Shown one piece after another: positions 49,940 to 63,489 of a stretch of DNA of 64,000 bases (the stretch's first letter is position 1; each line of letters begins with the position of its first letter). Source of the stretch: Camelus dromedarius (lineage: Eukaryota); the NCBI RefSeq assembly GCF_036321535.1, contig NC_087437.1, positions 59,584,001-59,648,000 on the forward strand, in the 5' to 3' direction. A program made the translations under genes and the position numbers. Under the pieces are notes generated by a model, which did no database searches, was not told the origin of the DNA, and was given only the letters and a program-made list of their open reading frames with translations.

Positions 49940-50785
49940 AAATTTTGCCCAGTCTGTGGCTGACCTTATTACTTTCTTAATGTGTCTTTCAAAGAGCAAA
50001 ATGTTGGTAATTTTGAAGAAAGCCAGTTCTTTGAAATCTTTTTTTTTTCTCTTATGAAATGTGCTTTTTTGGTTCTAAGAAATCTTTGCCTACTCCCAAG
50101 GTTGCAAGTACTTCCTTCTATATTTTGTTCTAGAAACCTTACTTTTTCAAGCTTTATATTTCGGTCTATGGTCCATGTCTTGTTAATCATTCCATATGGT
50201 GTGCTATGAGGGCTAATGTCCACTTTTTTCCATAGAGATATCAATTGGATGGAACACTATTTGTTAAAAAGACTTTTCTTTCCCCCATTGAACTGCCTTG
50301 GCTCCTTTGCAGAATATCAAGTGAACATACACGTGTGGTTCTATTTCTGAATTCTGTATTTCTGTTTTCCTCATTGATTTCCATGTATAACTTTTTATCA
50401 ATTTGACAGTGTCTTCATTCCAATGGTTTATAGTTAGTTTTTCAATTGGATGGTGTAAAAACCCTCCAACTTAAAATAAAATCACTTTGGTTTTTCTAGG
50501 TCTTTTGTATTTCCAAGTAAATTCTGGAATCAGCTTGCCAATCTGTGCTTTGAAAATGTCCACTTGAATTTCATTTGAGACTGTGTTAAATCTATAGGTC
50601 ATTTTAGGGAAAATAACCATCCTAACAATATTGAGTCTTTTAATTCTTGCACAGGGTGTATCTCGCCATCTCTCCATTTATTTAGGTCTTTAGTTTCTCT
50701 CCTCAATTTTTAACTTTCCTTGTAAGGTCTTTTACATAGATGGTTAGATAAATACCTAAGTGACTTACATTTTGGGGGCACTATC
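49940..50785 (-). mobile_element. L1 ORF2 fragment (post-RT region)
   Basis: ORF 50471-50677 WRDTPCARIKRLNIVRMVIFPKMTYRFN...EFTWKYKRPRKTKVIL resembles L1 ORF2 WKxIPCSWIGRxNIVKMxILPKxIYRFN...KFIWxxKRPRIAK. Confidence 0.9.
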
Positions 50786-50829
50786 AACATTTCCCACACC
50801 CAATTTCCCCTGTTATTAACATCTTTCAT

Positions 50830-51905
50830 TAGAATCATCTATTTCTCCCTTTAATTCTGTCAATTTTTACTTCATATATTTTGAAGCTCTGTTATTGGAT
50901 GCATGCACTTTTATGATCATTCTATCTCCCTGTAGCATTGCCCCTTTTATCATTATGAAATGTTTTTTCATGTGCGGTAGTACTCTTTCTCTTCAAGTTT
51001 ACTTTATCTGATATTAATATAGCCACTCCAACTTTTTATGCTTTCTATTTGCATGATTTTTCTATTCTTTTATGTTCAATCTATCTCTGTCATATTTAAA
51101 GCACATCTTTTTTAGACATTGTGTGGTTGGGTCTTTTTTTAAAAAAAATCCATTCCAATAATCTCTGCCTCTTAATTGAGGTGTTCAGTTCATTTCTGTC
51201 ATTATCAGGACAGAATGGTATCAATTATCAATGTCATTATTGACATGTTTGAATTTAAGTCTAGCATTCTGTTCTTTGTTTCTTGTTTGTATCATCCGGT
51301 CTTTGTTCTGTTCTTCCCTTTCTGCCTCCTTTTGGGTTAACTGAATATTCCCTAGAATTGCATTTTAATTTTTCTATTGGCTTTTTAGCTAGACATCTCT
51401 GAATTGCTTTTAAGTGGTTGCTGTAGATATTTCAATGTATAACCTTAGCTTTTCACAGTCTACATAGAGGTAATATTATTCCATTTCACTTAAAATGTAA
51501 GAACTTTCTGTCACCATAGTCATTTTAAACTCCATCTTTTACACTATAGTTCTGACAAGTATTATATACACATACTCTATAAAACCCACAATGCAACGCT
51601 ATCTTTTGCTTTAAACTGTAAAATATATTTTAAAGAAATTAAGAGAAAAAAGTTTAAGAAATAACATCCACCAAGTTCCCATTTCTGATACTCTTTATAT
51701 CTTCCTAAAGATCTGATCTTCCATCTGGTACTGTTTTCGTTTAGTCTTAAGAAGTTTCTTTAGTATTGCTTAGTGAGCAGGTCTGCCGGTAAGAAATTAT
51801 CCTAGCTTTTCGTTTATCTGAAAATCACTTTATTTTTTCTTTATTCTTAAAGCATATTTCTTACTGGATATAGAATTCTGAGTTGAACATTTTTTCCTTC
51901 AGCAT
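50830..51905 (-). mobile_element. Old L1 fragment (ORF2 N-terminal and inter-ORF region)
   Basis: 'ttcatatattttgaagctctgttattggatgcat', 'tctgatattaatatagccactccaacttt', 'ctggatatagaattctgagttga'. Confidence 0.8.
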
Positions 51906-51909
51906 TTTA

Positions 51910-54190
51910 CTTTTTATTTTACTTTAGAATAGTTGTTCTAAAAACAGCTTTTTATTTACAGAAAAAAAAATTGTAAAGATAGTACAAAGAGTTATCATAT
52001 TCCCCACACCCAGTTTCTCTTATTAGTAACATCTTTCATGTATTATATACTCGTTACAATTAATGAATTTATATTTTCTGGAAGAGAGAGTGGAGAATTG
52101 GTATAATTTCTTCTTTAGATGTTTGGTTGAATTCACTAGTAAAACACATGGCCCTGGTGCTTTTCTTTTTGGAAAGTTATCAGTTTTTTATTGTGTTTCC
52201 TTAACAGACATAGGCCTATTCAGATTATCAGTTTCTCCTTGTTGGTAGTCTGTGTCTTTCAAGGAATCAGTTCATTTCATCTAAATTATTAAATTTATGT
52301 GCATAGAGCTGTTCATGGTATTCCTTTATTATCCTTCAATGGTCACAGGATCAATAGATGAGCCTTCTTTTATTTCTGATATTGGTAATTGTTGCCTATT
52401 TTTTCCTGGTTAGTCTACCTAGAGTTTTATCAGTTTTATTGATCTTTAAACAAAAACAAAACAGCTTTTGATTTTATTGATTTTTCTCTATTTTTTTTTT
52501 CCTGTTTTCAGTTTTATTGATTTCTGCTCCAATCTGTATTATTTCTTTTCCTTTTCTTGCTTTGGGTTTAAATTATTCTTCTTCCTCTAGTTTCTTAAAG
52601 TAGAAATTTAGATTACTGATTTTAAATCTCTCTTCTTTTCCAATATATGCAGTCGGTGCTACAAATTTTCCTATAAACGTGGCTTTCACTGCACCCCTCA
52701 TATTTTGATCAATTGCATTTCTATTATCATTGAGTTAAAAATTTTTCTCTTGCAACTTCTTTGACCCATGTGTTATTCAGAAGTGTATTGTTTAATCTTC
52801 AAATATTTGGAGATTTTCCAGCTATCTTTCTATTACTAATAGTTATTTTATTTCTACTGTGGTCTGAGAATACTCTTTGTATGATTTATATTTCCTTAAA
52901 TTTATTAAGGTGTGTTTTAGGGTCCAGGATATGATATCTCTTCATAAATATTCCTGTAAACTTGAGCAGAATGTGTACTCTGCTGGTTTTGGATGGAATA
53001 TTTTAGAAATGTCAATAAGATCAAGTTGATTGATAATACCATTCAGTTCAACTATATTCTTACTGATTTTCTGTCTGTTTGACTTATCAATTCCTGAAAG
53101 AGGTGTATTGAAGTCCCCAACTATAATAGTAAATTTTGTCTACTTCTCTTTGAGTTATGTCTGTTTTTGACCCACGTATTTTGATGTTTTGTTGTTAGAT
53201 GCATATCCATTTAGAATTGTTACATCTTCTTGGAGACCTGGTCCCTTTATCATTCTGTAATGCCTTTCTTTATCTTTGATAATTTTCTGTATTCTGGAGT
53301 GAGCTTTGTTTGATGTTACTATAGTCATTCCAGTTTTCTTTTGATTTGTGTTGGTCTGGTATATCTTTCTCCATCCCATCATGCTTAATTTATCTGAGTC
53401 TTCTCTTGTAGGTAACATATAGTTGTGTCTTGTTTTTTATTCAGTCTAACAATATGTCTTTTAATTAGTATATTTAGACCATTCACATTGATTTATCATT
53501 TTTTTAAGTTTGTAACAAGCATTAGCTTTTAATTCTTATCATTAACATAGTGCTTTCTTGACCTCATTCTTTTATATGTGTGTCCTTACTTCTGGACAGA
53601 GAACTCCACAGGCTTTCCATTTCCCTCTGTTACAAACACACTTGTGTTAGATTACACCTCAGAGGATTATGGTGGTGATGGAATAAGACAGTAGGTGAAT
53701 AGAGGTCAGCAGTGGGTCTGGAGCACAACAGGCACTCAGTAATTAGACCATTCACATTTAAAGTGATTATTGATATAGTTGGATTAATATCAGCCATATT
53801 TGTAACTCTTTTCTGTTCATCATATTTATTCTTTATTTTTTCCTTCCCTTTCCTGCCTTTTCTGGTTGCAAATGAATATGTAATATGATTTCATTTTATC
53901 TCCTCTCTTAGCATAACAAATATACCTTATTAAAAATTTTAGGGGTTGCCCTAAATTACTTTAAATTACTACATTACATGTAAGGCTATAACAGTGTTCC
54001 AAATTCTTCTCTCCTATCCCATTGCTGTCATTCATTTCACATATCAATATGCTATATTCACCCAATAAACTGTTACCATTACTACTGAAACTAATAGTTA
54101 ATCTTTTATATCAAAAATAAGAAAAATTAAAGACTTTATTTTACCTTTATTTATTTCTTCTCCAATACTCTTCCCTTCTTTATGTAGTAA
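51910..54190 (-). mobile_element. Old L1 (3' fragment joined to ORF2 endonuclease region), interrupted at 53490-53742
   Basis: ORF 53155-53418 GWRKIYQTNTNQKKTGMTIVTSNK...IIKDKERHYRMIKG...QEDVTILNGYASN resembles the L1 endonuclease GWRKIYQANGKQKKAGVAIL...DKEGHYIMVKGSIQQEELTILNIYAPN. Confidence 0.9.
53490..53742 (-). pseudogene. TSD-flanked polyadenylated retro-insertion of unknown source transcript (non-coding 3' end)
   Basis: Exact 16-bp direct repeat TTAGACCATTCACATT at 53474-53489 and 53743-53758; minus-strand ATTAAA (53528-53533) 22 nt before a decayed A tail (53499-53505). Confidence 0.7.
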
Positions 54191-54405
54191 GAAACTATTT
54201 TTAAAAAGAAGCTCACCCTGTGCCATCCCTTTTTTCTAAATGTTAATTCCCTTCCAGTTTCTATCTGCTCGTAAGTGCCTTCAGCTAGTTGTTTTTCATA
54301 TTTTCTTCAGAGTTTGTAATTGTTGCCTTCAGGATGATTGGTCCAATACAAGCTACTCCATTACTGTATGAAGATCTCCTTGTTTGGGGCTATTACATTC
54401 ATTTT

Positions 54406-54496
54406 CTTTTGTTTTTTAATAGAGGTACTGGGGATTGAACCCAGGACTTTGTGTATGTTAAGCATGCACTCTACATTGAGCTATTACCCTTCTCCC
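54406..54496 (-). mobile_element. tRNA-Ala-derived camelid SINE, short-tail form
   Basis: Minus strand ...TAGCTCAATGTAGAGTGCATGCTTAACATACACAAAGTCCTGGGTTCAATCCCCAGTACCTC then A-rich tail; TSD TACATTCATTTT at 54394-54405 and 54497-54508. Confidence 0.9.
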
Positions 54497-54899
54497 TACA
54501 TTCATTTTTCATATGAAGTATTGTTTTGTAATTCTTCTTCCTTGATCATTCTTGTTTATGTGGACTTCATAAGAAACGCTTTTCCATCTTTTTCAAATAT
54601 ACGTTTGGACTTTTTTCTTACCCTAACTGGATTTCCTTATGTGTGCCCTCATTCCATAATTCACTCCAACAGTGTTTATTCAGATTCTACCATATGCTAC
54701 CATGGGCTAAGCACTGGGAATTCAATAATGAATAAATTCTATTTCCTATTCCTAAGGAGCTCCAAGTCTAGAGGCAGTGACACAAATCTCACATTTGTAC
54801 AATCCAAAGTCTCATCACACAATCCCAATAAGAAGCCTGTGAAATTCATGTAACCAGTATTGCAATCCCTGCATAACAGATTTGATACCCTCCCTCCCC

Positions 54900-55080
54900 C
54901 TGGAGTTGTTTAGAGGAATTTTTAACCATCATTAAATCAGCATTTCCCTGCTGCTGCTAACCTGGAGCCACAGCAAGCCAATGATGGACGTATAACATAA
55001 GAAAAAAGTTTTGGTTAAGTCTCTGAGATTTGGGAATAACTTGTTACCAAAGCCTAACTGGGACTATCTTGACTGATATA
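54900..55080 (+). mobile_element. MaLR LTR 3' fragment (MLT1)
   Basis: 'ttttggttaagtctctgagatttgggaataacttgttaccaaagcctaactgggactatcttgactgatata'. Confidence 0.65.
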
Positions 55081-55874
55081 ATGATTTATTCCTTTGAGGT
55101 TCCCCTCAGGGCCACCCAAATCAAATGTTATTATATACTCTAAACAGGGATCCAACTTCTGTGAAAATTCACCTGGTTTCTTTTATTGATGCATTATCAG
55201 ACAGACATGAATATGGTTTTATTTCTGGAGCTAATAATCTGAAAATTCAGAGAGGTGAAGGAGTTTCCTAAAATCATACAGCTTATAAATCAAAGAGTTG
55301 GGACTTGAACCCAGAACTCTTAACTCCCAGTCCAATCTTTCTCTACCTTATAATCTCCCTCATTTTGAAACTCTTCTGTCTTGTTAGTGTGTTTTTAGTT
55401 ATGTTTCATGTTGTGTCATATTTATGAGCTTAGCTGGGAAAATGAGCTGGGTTTTGATCCAAGCATTTGTATTCTCTAAGAGGTAAAAACAAATACATGC
55501 CTGACTCTTTAAAAAGAGATCCTTTCTGGCAGCTTCCACCCAGAGACAGGAAAATTCAGCAGAGGCTCCGTCTAGGCTGATAGACTGGCCAAGTTTAATC
55601 AGAGAATATCTTTGAACCAATGAGGGGAATGAGGACCTTTTATCCAATGAGAGTCATTGTAGGCAAGCAACCAGCCTATTATCGACAGTTGGGAGCTGGA
55701 GAAACTGTGCATTTCTGCCAGAGCAGTGCTTTGGATGAGCATAAAATCCTGTCAGGAAACTAAAGGGAACAGAAGTGATAAAGTGGACCATTATATTAGC
55801 CAGTAGCTAAAAGTATTATTTTAGTTATTATTATTTAGAATGTTCTGTCAACATACTCTTTCCAATTGAAATAC

Positions 55875-56670
55875 CCAGTAGTCGTAGAGGAGAAATCTAA
55901 CTGACATCACCTAAACTGATCAGTCAAACTTTACCATCCCCCATAATGGGACAGGCACCCTATGCTGCCCTCTCATGAAACGCAGTGGAAGTAAATAACA
56001 TCATCTATGTAGTGCTCCTGCCGAAAATGCTTCACATACATCTTGTGGAAACAATCAGAAGCATTTCAAACATTCAAGTCTGCAGAACAACTTGCCTAGA
56101 TTCCTCAACAATGTCAGCATCATAAAATATTTTTTTAAAAGTTGTGGAGAATATTCTAATTTCAAAGAGACTAAAGAGACATGGCAACTAAATGCCATGT
56201 ATGATCCTTGATTATATCCTAGATATTTTAAAATCCAGCTAGAATGGACATTGGGAAAACTTGAATGGGAACTATATATCTGATAATAGTTTTGCATCAT
56301 TGTTAAGTTTTCTCAAGGTGACTGTGATTATGTAGGAGAACGTCCTATTTGCAGACACATAGTATTGAAGTGTGAAGAATCACGGTGTCTACAACATACT
56401 CTCACATGGTTAAATCACCTTAAAGGTATATACATATGCACATATGAACACATTTTAATATATAAATGGGTGTGTGTGTGTGTGTGCAGAGAGACAGAGA
56501 AATAAAACTAATATGGCAAAACATTAGAGCTGGTGAATCTAGCTGAAGGATATTAGTCTTAATTTTCTTTTATTGGAATATTACAGAAAAATACACAGAT
56601 CATAAGTGTATGGCATTGCACTGCTCTTGAAACTTCTGTAAGATTGAAAAATTTTAAATAAGACTTTTTT
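55875..56670 (+). mobile_element. L1MC/L1ME-type 3' end with (GT)n tract
   Basis: 'gagactaaagagacatggcaactaaatgccatgtatgatccttgatt', 'ggtgaatctagctgaagga'; (GT)n at about 56470-56486. Confidence 0.75.
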
Positions 56671-58347
56671 GGGGGAAAAAGTAACAATCAGAGTAGGTTA
56701 TCTACACTAAAGAAAAGTAGTTATATACAGTATTTTTAAAAGCAGGCTATATATACTCTGGGTTAGTTGCACATGCCTAAGTAGGCTGAACCAAAAACTA
56801 TGTTACTGCTACCAGTTGTCTCCTCTGCTTGGAGATTTCCCAGGTGGGAGTAGACTTAGGAATAAATTTTGAGACTTTCTAGTACTTGCCACAAGCCTCA
56901 AGCTCTGTAGTAAGTGACACAGTCTCCTTGTGTCTTGTGAGACTTGCCTACTACGGACATAGAAGTCTACTTGGGGGTAGGGGGATGTGTTAAACCTAGA
57001 GCTATTCACAAACTGGGGATTTTCCAAAGCAGGGGTAAGCATGTCCCTCTTGCACCCCACTGTCCTACTCTGGGAAGGAGCCAGTAAACCTGCAGAGGTC
57101 AAGGAGCCTCCTGGGAGGAAGAGCCCCAAAGCAACCCTGACTTTCCCTTTGAAGATCCACGTTATTAGAAGCTTGGCCTGAGGTGACTGGGTCTGGGGCC
57201 AGCTGGCAGGAAAGGACTCAGAGTAGATCCATCCCCTTCCCCCCAGCTCCTCCTAGGCTGGGAAACTTGGCCGTGGAGTCGGAAAACAAAGGAACCTTAG
57301 CCCTCCCCCAAGTGTGGAGTCCCATCCCCCTCCCCGCACCTTCCGGTTGGTGGTGGGCGGCTAAGACTGGAAGGAGCAGCAGGGTCTTCTCAGGAGGTCC
57401 TCCTTTCTCCTGTTCAGCTCTTCCAGGGCCCTGAGCGCCTGAGACTTAAGGTGGGAAGTCCTGAGAGGGAAGGGACTTCCTGTGACTTTAGTGGTGGAGG
57501 TGGCCAAGGGATTAGCTGGAACAGTACAAAAAGATGTAGTCATATTTGTCTTCCGAGCTAGTAAAGCAAGCTTTTGTGCATTTTCAGGGGTCAAAGTCAT
57601 TTTCAGAGTCAAAGAAATGTTAACAACCTATTCCTCATCTGTAAAACCTACACCCAAACACACCCGACTCAAGGGCACAGGGTCACATTCTCACTTCTGC
57701 TTCTCGCTGTCCATCCAGTTCCCCCACAGTCCCCGCCCCCAGGGGAGGGGCAGGTGGGAAGTGCAGATGGTGAGCCCAGCATGCCTGAGACCCTAAACCC
57801 TGATCCAGGGATGTGGTTTCTCCCCATCACATTCCCTTCCCCGGCCTTGACCTGCCCTCAGTGAAGTAATACTAGGGCTCAGCACTGCACTGGAAGCTTT
57901 GGTTCTGGGGAAAAAAAAAAGTTTCTTTTCTGGCTTCAAATAAGGCTGAATGCTCTTTCACAAAATGGTCCAAAAGTAAGAATTATTCATTTCCCTGAAT
58001 TGATTGGGTTTTGCAATAGGTCTCTGAGCCAGGACGTGTGTTTTAAGTGAAATCACACATACTCAAAGTATGTTTGTGTAGCCCAGTTTCCTTTGGAAAA
58101 GCCAATGGCTGCTACATAAGGATTTTTTTCCCCCCTTAACTCCAAAGTAGTAATCTGGAGCTCAGGAGCCCAAGGATATGAATTATGCTCTCAAGTTTGA
58201 ATTTTAATTGTTTATTTTATTTATCTTTATGGTGATAAAACTAAACCTATTCCAACAAACAAGAGGATCCAACAGTCCATCCCAGACCAAGAAAACTGAG
58301 GAATTTGACTCATGACAACAGTCTCCATTGCCAAAAACTCTATTTCT

Positions 58348-58487
58348 TTTTTTCTTTTTTTTGAGGGGGGGGGGTAATTAGGTTTATGTATTTATTTATT
58401 TTTCTTTAATGGAGGTACTGAGGTTTGAACCCAGGACCTCATGCTTGCTAAGCGTGTACTCTACCACTTGAGCTATACCCTCACCCT
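58348..58487 (-). mobile_element. tRNA-Ala-derived camelid SINE (Vic-1 type), long-tail form
   Basis: Minus strand GGGTATAGCTCAAGTGGTAGAGTACACGCTTAGCAAGCATGAGGTCCTGGGTTCAAACCTCAGTACCTCCA, tail ...AAACCTAATTACCCCC; TSD CAAAAACTCTATTTCT (58332-58347) / CAAAATCTCTACTTCT (58488-58503). Confidence 0.92.
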
Positions 58488-60839
58488 CAAAATCTCTACT
58501 TCTACTGACCAGTTCAGTGTTTATCACGGGAGGAGCATCAACCAAAAGTAAAATGTTGTCAAAAACTTTATCCACTTGTGTTGCAGCCGAGCAGCACAAG
58601 AGGCACTAGTTTCTCCGGCCCTGCTGCTAGCATCGCGGTTTCATTTTAGGACGAGGCACGGTATCTAGAAATAAATGTCAACACCCTGCTTGATGTTTTG
58701 CCGGGGCTTGGCTTGGCCCCGTAATTGCAGGATGAATTCCAAGGGCAGGCCCTTCCGTAAGAACACCGCCTACCTTTCAACAGCCTGTCTCACTGAACTG
58801 CACCTGTGGAGAGAGAGCCACAGCCAACATCTCTTTGTGGCAAAGAAAGATATCCAGAGTTTGTGGTGTTAAAATCAGGAAAGTGCTCTGGTGTGAACAA
58901 GACTCATTTGCAGACAGACTGACAACAAACTCTACATCCTTTTTCTAGGGGGACATGGAAAATGGCTACATTAAAATACTGTATTTCACATTCTCGAAAT
59001 AATTGAGCTTCCTGACGGGCATTCTTCTCTGAGCTGGAGAGGAAGCTTGACTCAGCCCAGCTTTGTGGACACAGAGAGTCCTGAGGCACAGGCCAAAGGC
59101 AGGACGGGCTTGCGCAAGAGAGATGGGGTTTGGGGGAGGGGTGCGGCCCCAGCCCCTCCACAGCTTGGGGCACAAGGGGTGGGGGACAGAGAGGAAAAGA
59201 GTGGGAAAAGTTGGACCAAGACTAATTGAAAGCCAAGGTTGTTGCTCTGATTCAGTCATTCCTTCCTGGAAAGAGAGCGTTTTTGTGCTTAACCTCACGG
59301 CCTCAGATTTCCAGGATGTTGCTGGCTCGCTGGGTCTCTCTGGGGCTTATTTACCAGGTTTCTAGGCCCTGGGACAGAAAGATGTGAGAGGAAATTACTC
59401 AAGTGGGACACAAAGAGAAATCAAAGGCAAAGCAAAAGACTTTTATGATGCTGCTCACACACATCTTCCCATGGAAATTATGCATCAATTAAACAGATGC
59501 CATATGTTTATTGCCTACTACAACTTAGAAGTATCTTTCATGAAGTTTTAGACTATTTCCCACCCCTACCAAGAATGTCATTTGGAGAATGTTCAAAATG
59601 ATAAATCAAAGGGTGAAAAGCAAACTGAAAACATCTAGAACACTTAACCTTTTGCCAGCCCATCTCCGAATATGCCTAAATGTATGCAAAATCTTTCTGA
59701 AAGTTATCAAAAGGGAGAGGACAACGTCTCTGCAAGGAACCTTTCACAGTCTTCTCCTGCCCATTGTTGGATTTACCTGATCAAGTCAGTCTGTGCTTTA
59801 ATGCAGCACTTGGCACATGGTCAGGGATCTGTGAACAGATGCATGTGAGGATAGCAACGGGCAAGTGATCTGGGGGTCTAGGGACTGGAGGACCGCTGTG
59901 GTGTACTTGATAATGCTGGACATGGGTGAGGTCTCAGAGCAAGAAGGTGTTGTCTGGTGAGAGGCTTTTCTGAAGGGAAGACCCAGTCAATCTTTGAAGA
60001 TCTCCCCTGTGGACAAAGGCGCACTCTGTACTGTGTGGCCCCCAATGACCAAGGTAGGACCCAAAGGGAAACAGGGCTTAGTTATTTCTATCAAGTGTCT
60101 CAGGAGGCGGTGAAGCCCCTGACCTTGGCATATCTCTAGCAAATGCTAGATGGCTATTGTGGGAAAGCTCTGGAAGGGACTCTTGTGTTGTGTAGATGCC
60201 AGAACCAGACCGGAGAGTCTACAGTAAGTATTGACTCAGAGAAAGGCAGGGCGATCAAAGGCTATTTCCCCAAGGAAGGAAGTTTTCTGCTATCAGCATT
60301 CCAGTTTCCCAGCAAAGGTGCATTTTGAAAAGGTCAGAGCACATAAGCAGCATAACTTCCTTAGAGGAGAGCCTTAACTTATTCGTTCTTGGGCCCCTCT
60401 CCAGAGTGTGGCACAACGTTTAATGAATGAATGGTGATGTGTTCTGCAGGGAAGATGGCAGCATACGATGTAGCCCAAGCATAAGGGACAAGCCGAGGAG
60501 TGGTGGAAGCAGGCTGGGTAAGTACGTGGGGGCAAGATTATGAAGGATCTTAAGTGCCAGACAGAAGAATTTGCACTTAGATGGCAAATGAGCACATGCC
60601 CCAGCCAAAGCATAGGGAGCGGTCAGCTCCTACTCCCAAATCTCCCCAGTTTACACCTCAGCTGTCCTTCTGCTCACACCCCAAGTCTCCCCATCTCACA
60701 CTCTCAATCTCCCAAGATCACACTCCAAGTATCTTCTAGATCAGGATGGTTGTGAAGTATTTCTGTGGAGTCTTTTCAAGACTTACTCCTGGCTGGAGTC
60801 AATTGATCAACATCATCGTCCATCCAGTCTCTCTAAGAC

Positions 60840-61230
60840 TGTGGCAGAGACAGCTAGCATCACCAAAAACTGATTTTTCCCTTGTAGAGTGTTGAATCAT
60901 TGCTACAAAGCAGCTTCAGTGTCAGAGACTGTATTTCTCAGCCTCTCTTGCATCCAGGAGGAGAGGATGGGATTTAGTCATCAATAAGGTAACAGCATAT
61001 TTGACTTCTGTGTTGTTATGGTTAAGAAGTAGGGTGTCTTCTCCATGGTCTCTTTAATCAACCACCAGATGAATGAAGAGGCTCTAGCAGAGAGAAGACT
61101 TCAAGACAGAAAAAAGCCAGGATCGTGGAAGGCTGCCCACGAATGCCTGTATTGGACTGAATGTCTATTGTGTTAAGGCACTGAAAAGTTTAGGTTGTTC
61201 ATCCCGGGAGTTATAATATCCCAACACACA
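60840..61230 (+). mobile_element. MaLR LTR (MLT1J-like)
   Basis: Starts 'tgtggcagagacagctag', 'gactgtatttctcagcctctcttgca', ends 'ctattgtgttaaggcactgaaaagtttaggttgtt...'. Confidence 0.65.
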
Positions 61231-63489
61231 TAGAGACCGAGCTGGAATCACTTAGAGCCCCAAGAATGGACTCAGGATCAAGAAGCACCTAAAAATGTCA
61301 TCCACACTTGGTGGATGAGTAAGTCCAAATTGTTTGGGTCCTCAGCACTTTGGAAGAGGCTCTGAGTAAGAGGTGTGCATTCCCCTCTGAGGGATAAGCC
61401 CTCAGATTAGATCCTGACTTTGGGGAAGGGTATAATGAGGGAGGGTGAGTGCAGAAGGGTACAGATACAGGACTCTAAGGCACAAAAGTTTCCAAATACA
61501 ATTTTGCAGCAATATTTGGTCCTTCCTCCCTTTGCCAACATCTCCAGCTGCCTGCCTGGCCTCCGGGCTGCAGAGCCCACATCCCTCCACAGACACTTAG
61601 TGCTGCCCACATCATGCCCAGCACTGAGGGTGGCTCACTAACTAGGATACAGTCCCTGCTCCAGGGAACACGCTGGTGAGAGGGGACATGAAAATAAATC
61701 TCTGGGGAGGCTGAGCACTGCTGAAATGTGCTGAGGAGCTGAAAAGAGTGTTACTGCTACCTTAAGAACCACACAAAGCCAGCCACACTCCAAAATGATA
61801 ACTTTTCTTGAGCCCGTCAAAGAGCTGAGGTTTCAGAGCAACTCTGTAACCTGAAGTCTAAGAAAAGATGGGGACTTTCGAGAAGAGACGTTAGGTGGGC
61901 ACTGGTTCGTCTGTGGCAGAGCATGAGAGGAAGACATACCAGGTGTAAGAGTTCAGCTAAAATTGTAAATGACTCCCTGGAGACTGAGCGTGAGCAGGCA
62001 TGGGCATTGCAGACCCAAGAGCAGCTGCAGACACAGGCTCATATATTCTCGTAAGCTTTTCTCCAATAACCTGCACCAGGTGCTCTCAAGAAAGATGGGG
62101 CAGGTGGGACCACAGAATGCTCCCTCAGTGGTGCAGTCACGGGGGTAGGAGCCGCTGATGCTTTGGAAAAAACAAAAAGGCCCATCCAGAACCTTCTGCC
62201 CTGTGGCCGTATGCCATTGGTGAAGAAGGGTAAATCTTGTCACCCCAGGGAACTCATTGTAAGCGGGGGGAGGGTACAAACCTCCACCTCTGAGAGGGGT
62301 GGGAAACCATCCTGCATCCAAATGGTTAGAGGTCTTCTGTCCCCAGGGTTGGGGTAGGTGAACTTTCTTTAGTGCAAGAACAGCCTAACATATGTGGCAT
62401 GCACTAAAGTGTTGAATCTCTGATTTCAAAATGCCAGAATGGCATTAAAAGGAGCTTGGTCCGAGCTACTCTGTCCACCGCCCAGCAGTATCAACCCTGT
62501 GGGCAAAGTGACAGGAAGCTTTGGGGAAAGGTTGTCTCCAAGATGGCCGGAGGAAGCAAAAGTGAGATTCTGCTTCCCGCGGCCTGGAGATGCTCTCTCC
62601 TGAAAGGCTGCCCCGTGAGAGCGCCACAGAAAAGTTGACAGCACAGGCTATCTGACTTCCTGGCAATGGGAACCATTATTTAGCCAAATGGCCTCCAGGC
62701 TAGTAAGAAATCCTCCCTTCCAACTTGACAGATTGTGTTTGAGAAAGCAAATGGAAAGGCAGACATTTTGCCAGCTTCCCCCCATCTTTTTTGGGAGGGG
62801 AGAGGAGAGAACATGAGAGTTTTGTTGACAAGTGCCTTGGGACAGGATAAAACTTGTCAGCGCTGAAACACTCAAGTAACCCAAAGGCTATCTCTCCATA
62901 AGAGAGCATTTCTTACCATCAAATCTCAAGTCATAGCTTTGATTTAACAAAAGTTTTAACCTTATGGAAAATTAATTTTAAATAGTTGCTTAAAATTCTT
63001 TCCCTTGTTTTAAATAAAATCATGTTAACTTCTTTTCCAGCGAAACAGTAATTTCTTGCTCCAGTTTTTTAAAAAAACCTTTTGGGAGCTCTGTGCTTGT
63101 AAACTAAATATTAGGCCAATGTCTTATGATCTCACCTGGAGATGATATGAATCAGGAAATAAAACAAATTACTCTCCCAATGAGAATAACAGGAACCCTT
63201 CGGGCCTTCATACTGGAACTATGCAAACAAACCAGCAAGGACTAAATGTGTAGACCAGCAGCAGATTATTGATTAAACCAGATTTCTATCATTTGATGAT
63301 ATTTTTCCCCGAATTTTCTTATTTGCATAGACCCAACCTCAGCATTTTACATGAACTCAGAGCCAACCGTGAATCTTCAAACCCCTAGTAATAATTCCCA
63401 ATAGATTTCTTCCACAGAAGAAAACCCGACACTCTTAACTTCGTTGAAGCTGAGCGTAACACTTAAGGACTAACAGAGGGAGCTGGGAA

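Noticed and set aside
53155..53418. Endonuclease-like ORF as a functional gene
   Set aside because: Short surviving frame of a fragmented L1 ORF2, closed by stops and surrounded by decayed L1
54338..54853. 171-aa hydrophobic ORF
   Set aside because: Starts at a non-ATG codon and reads through an antisense SINE and T-rich repeat DNA
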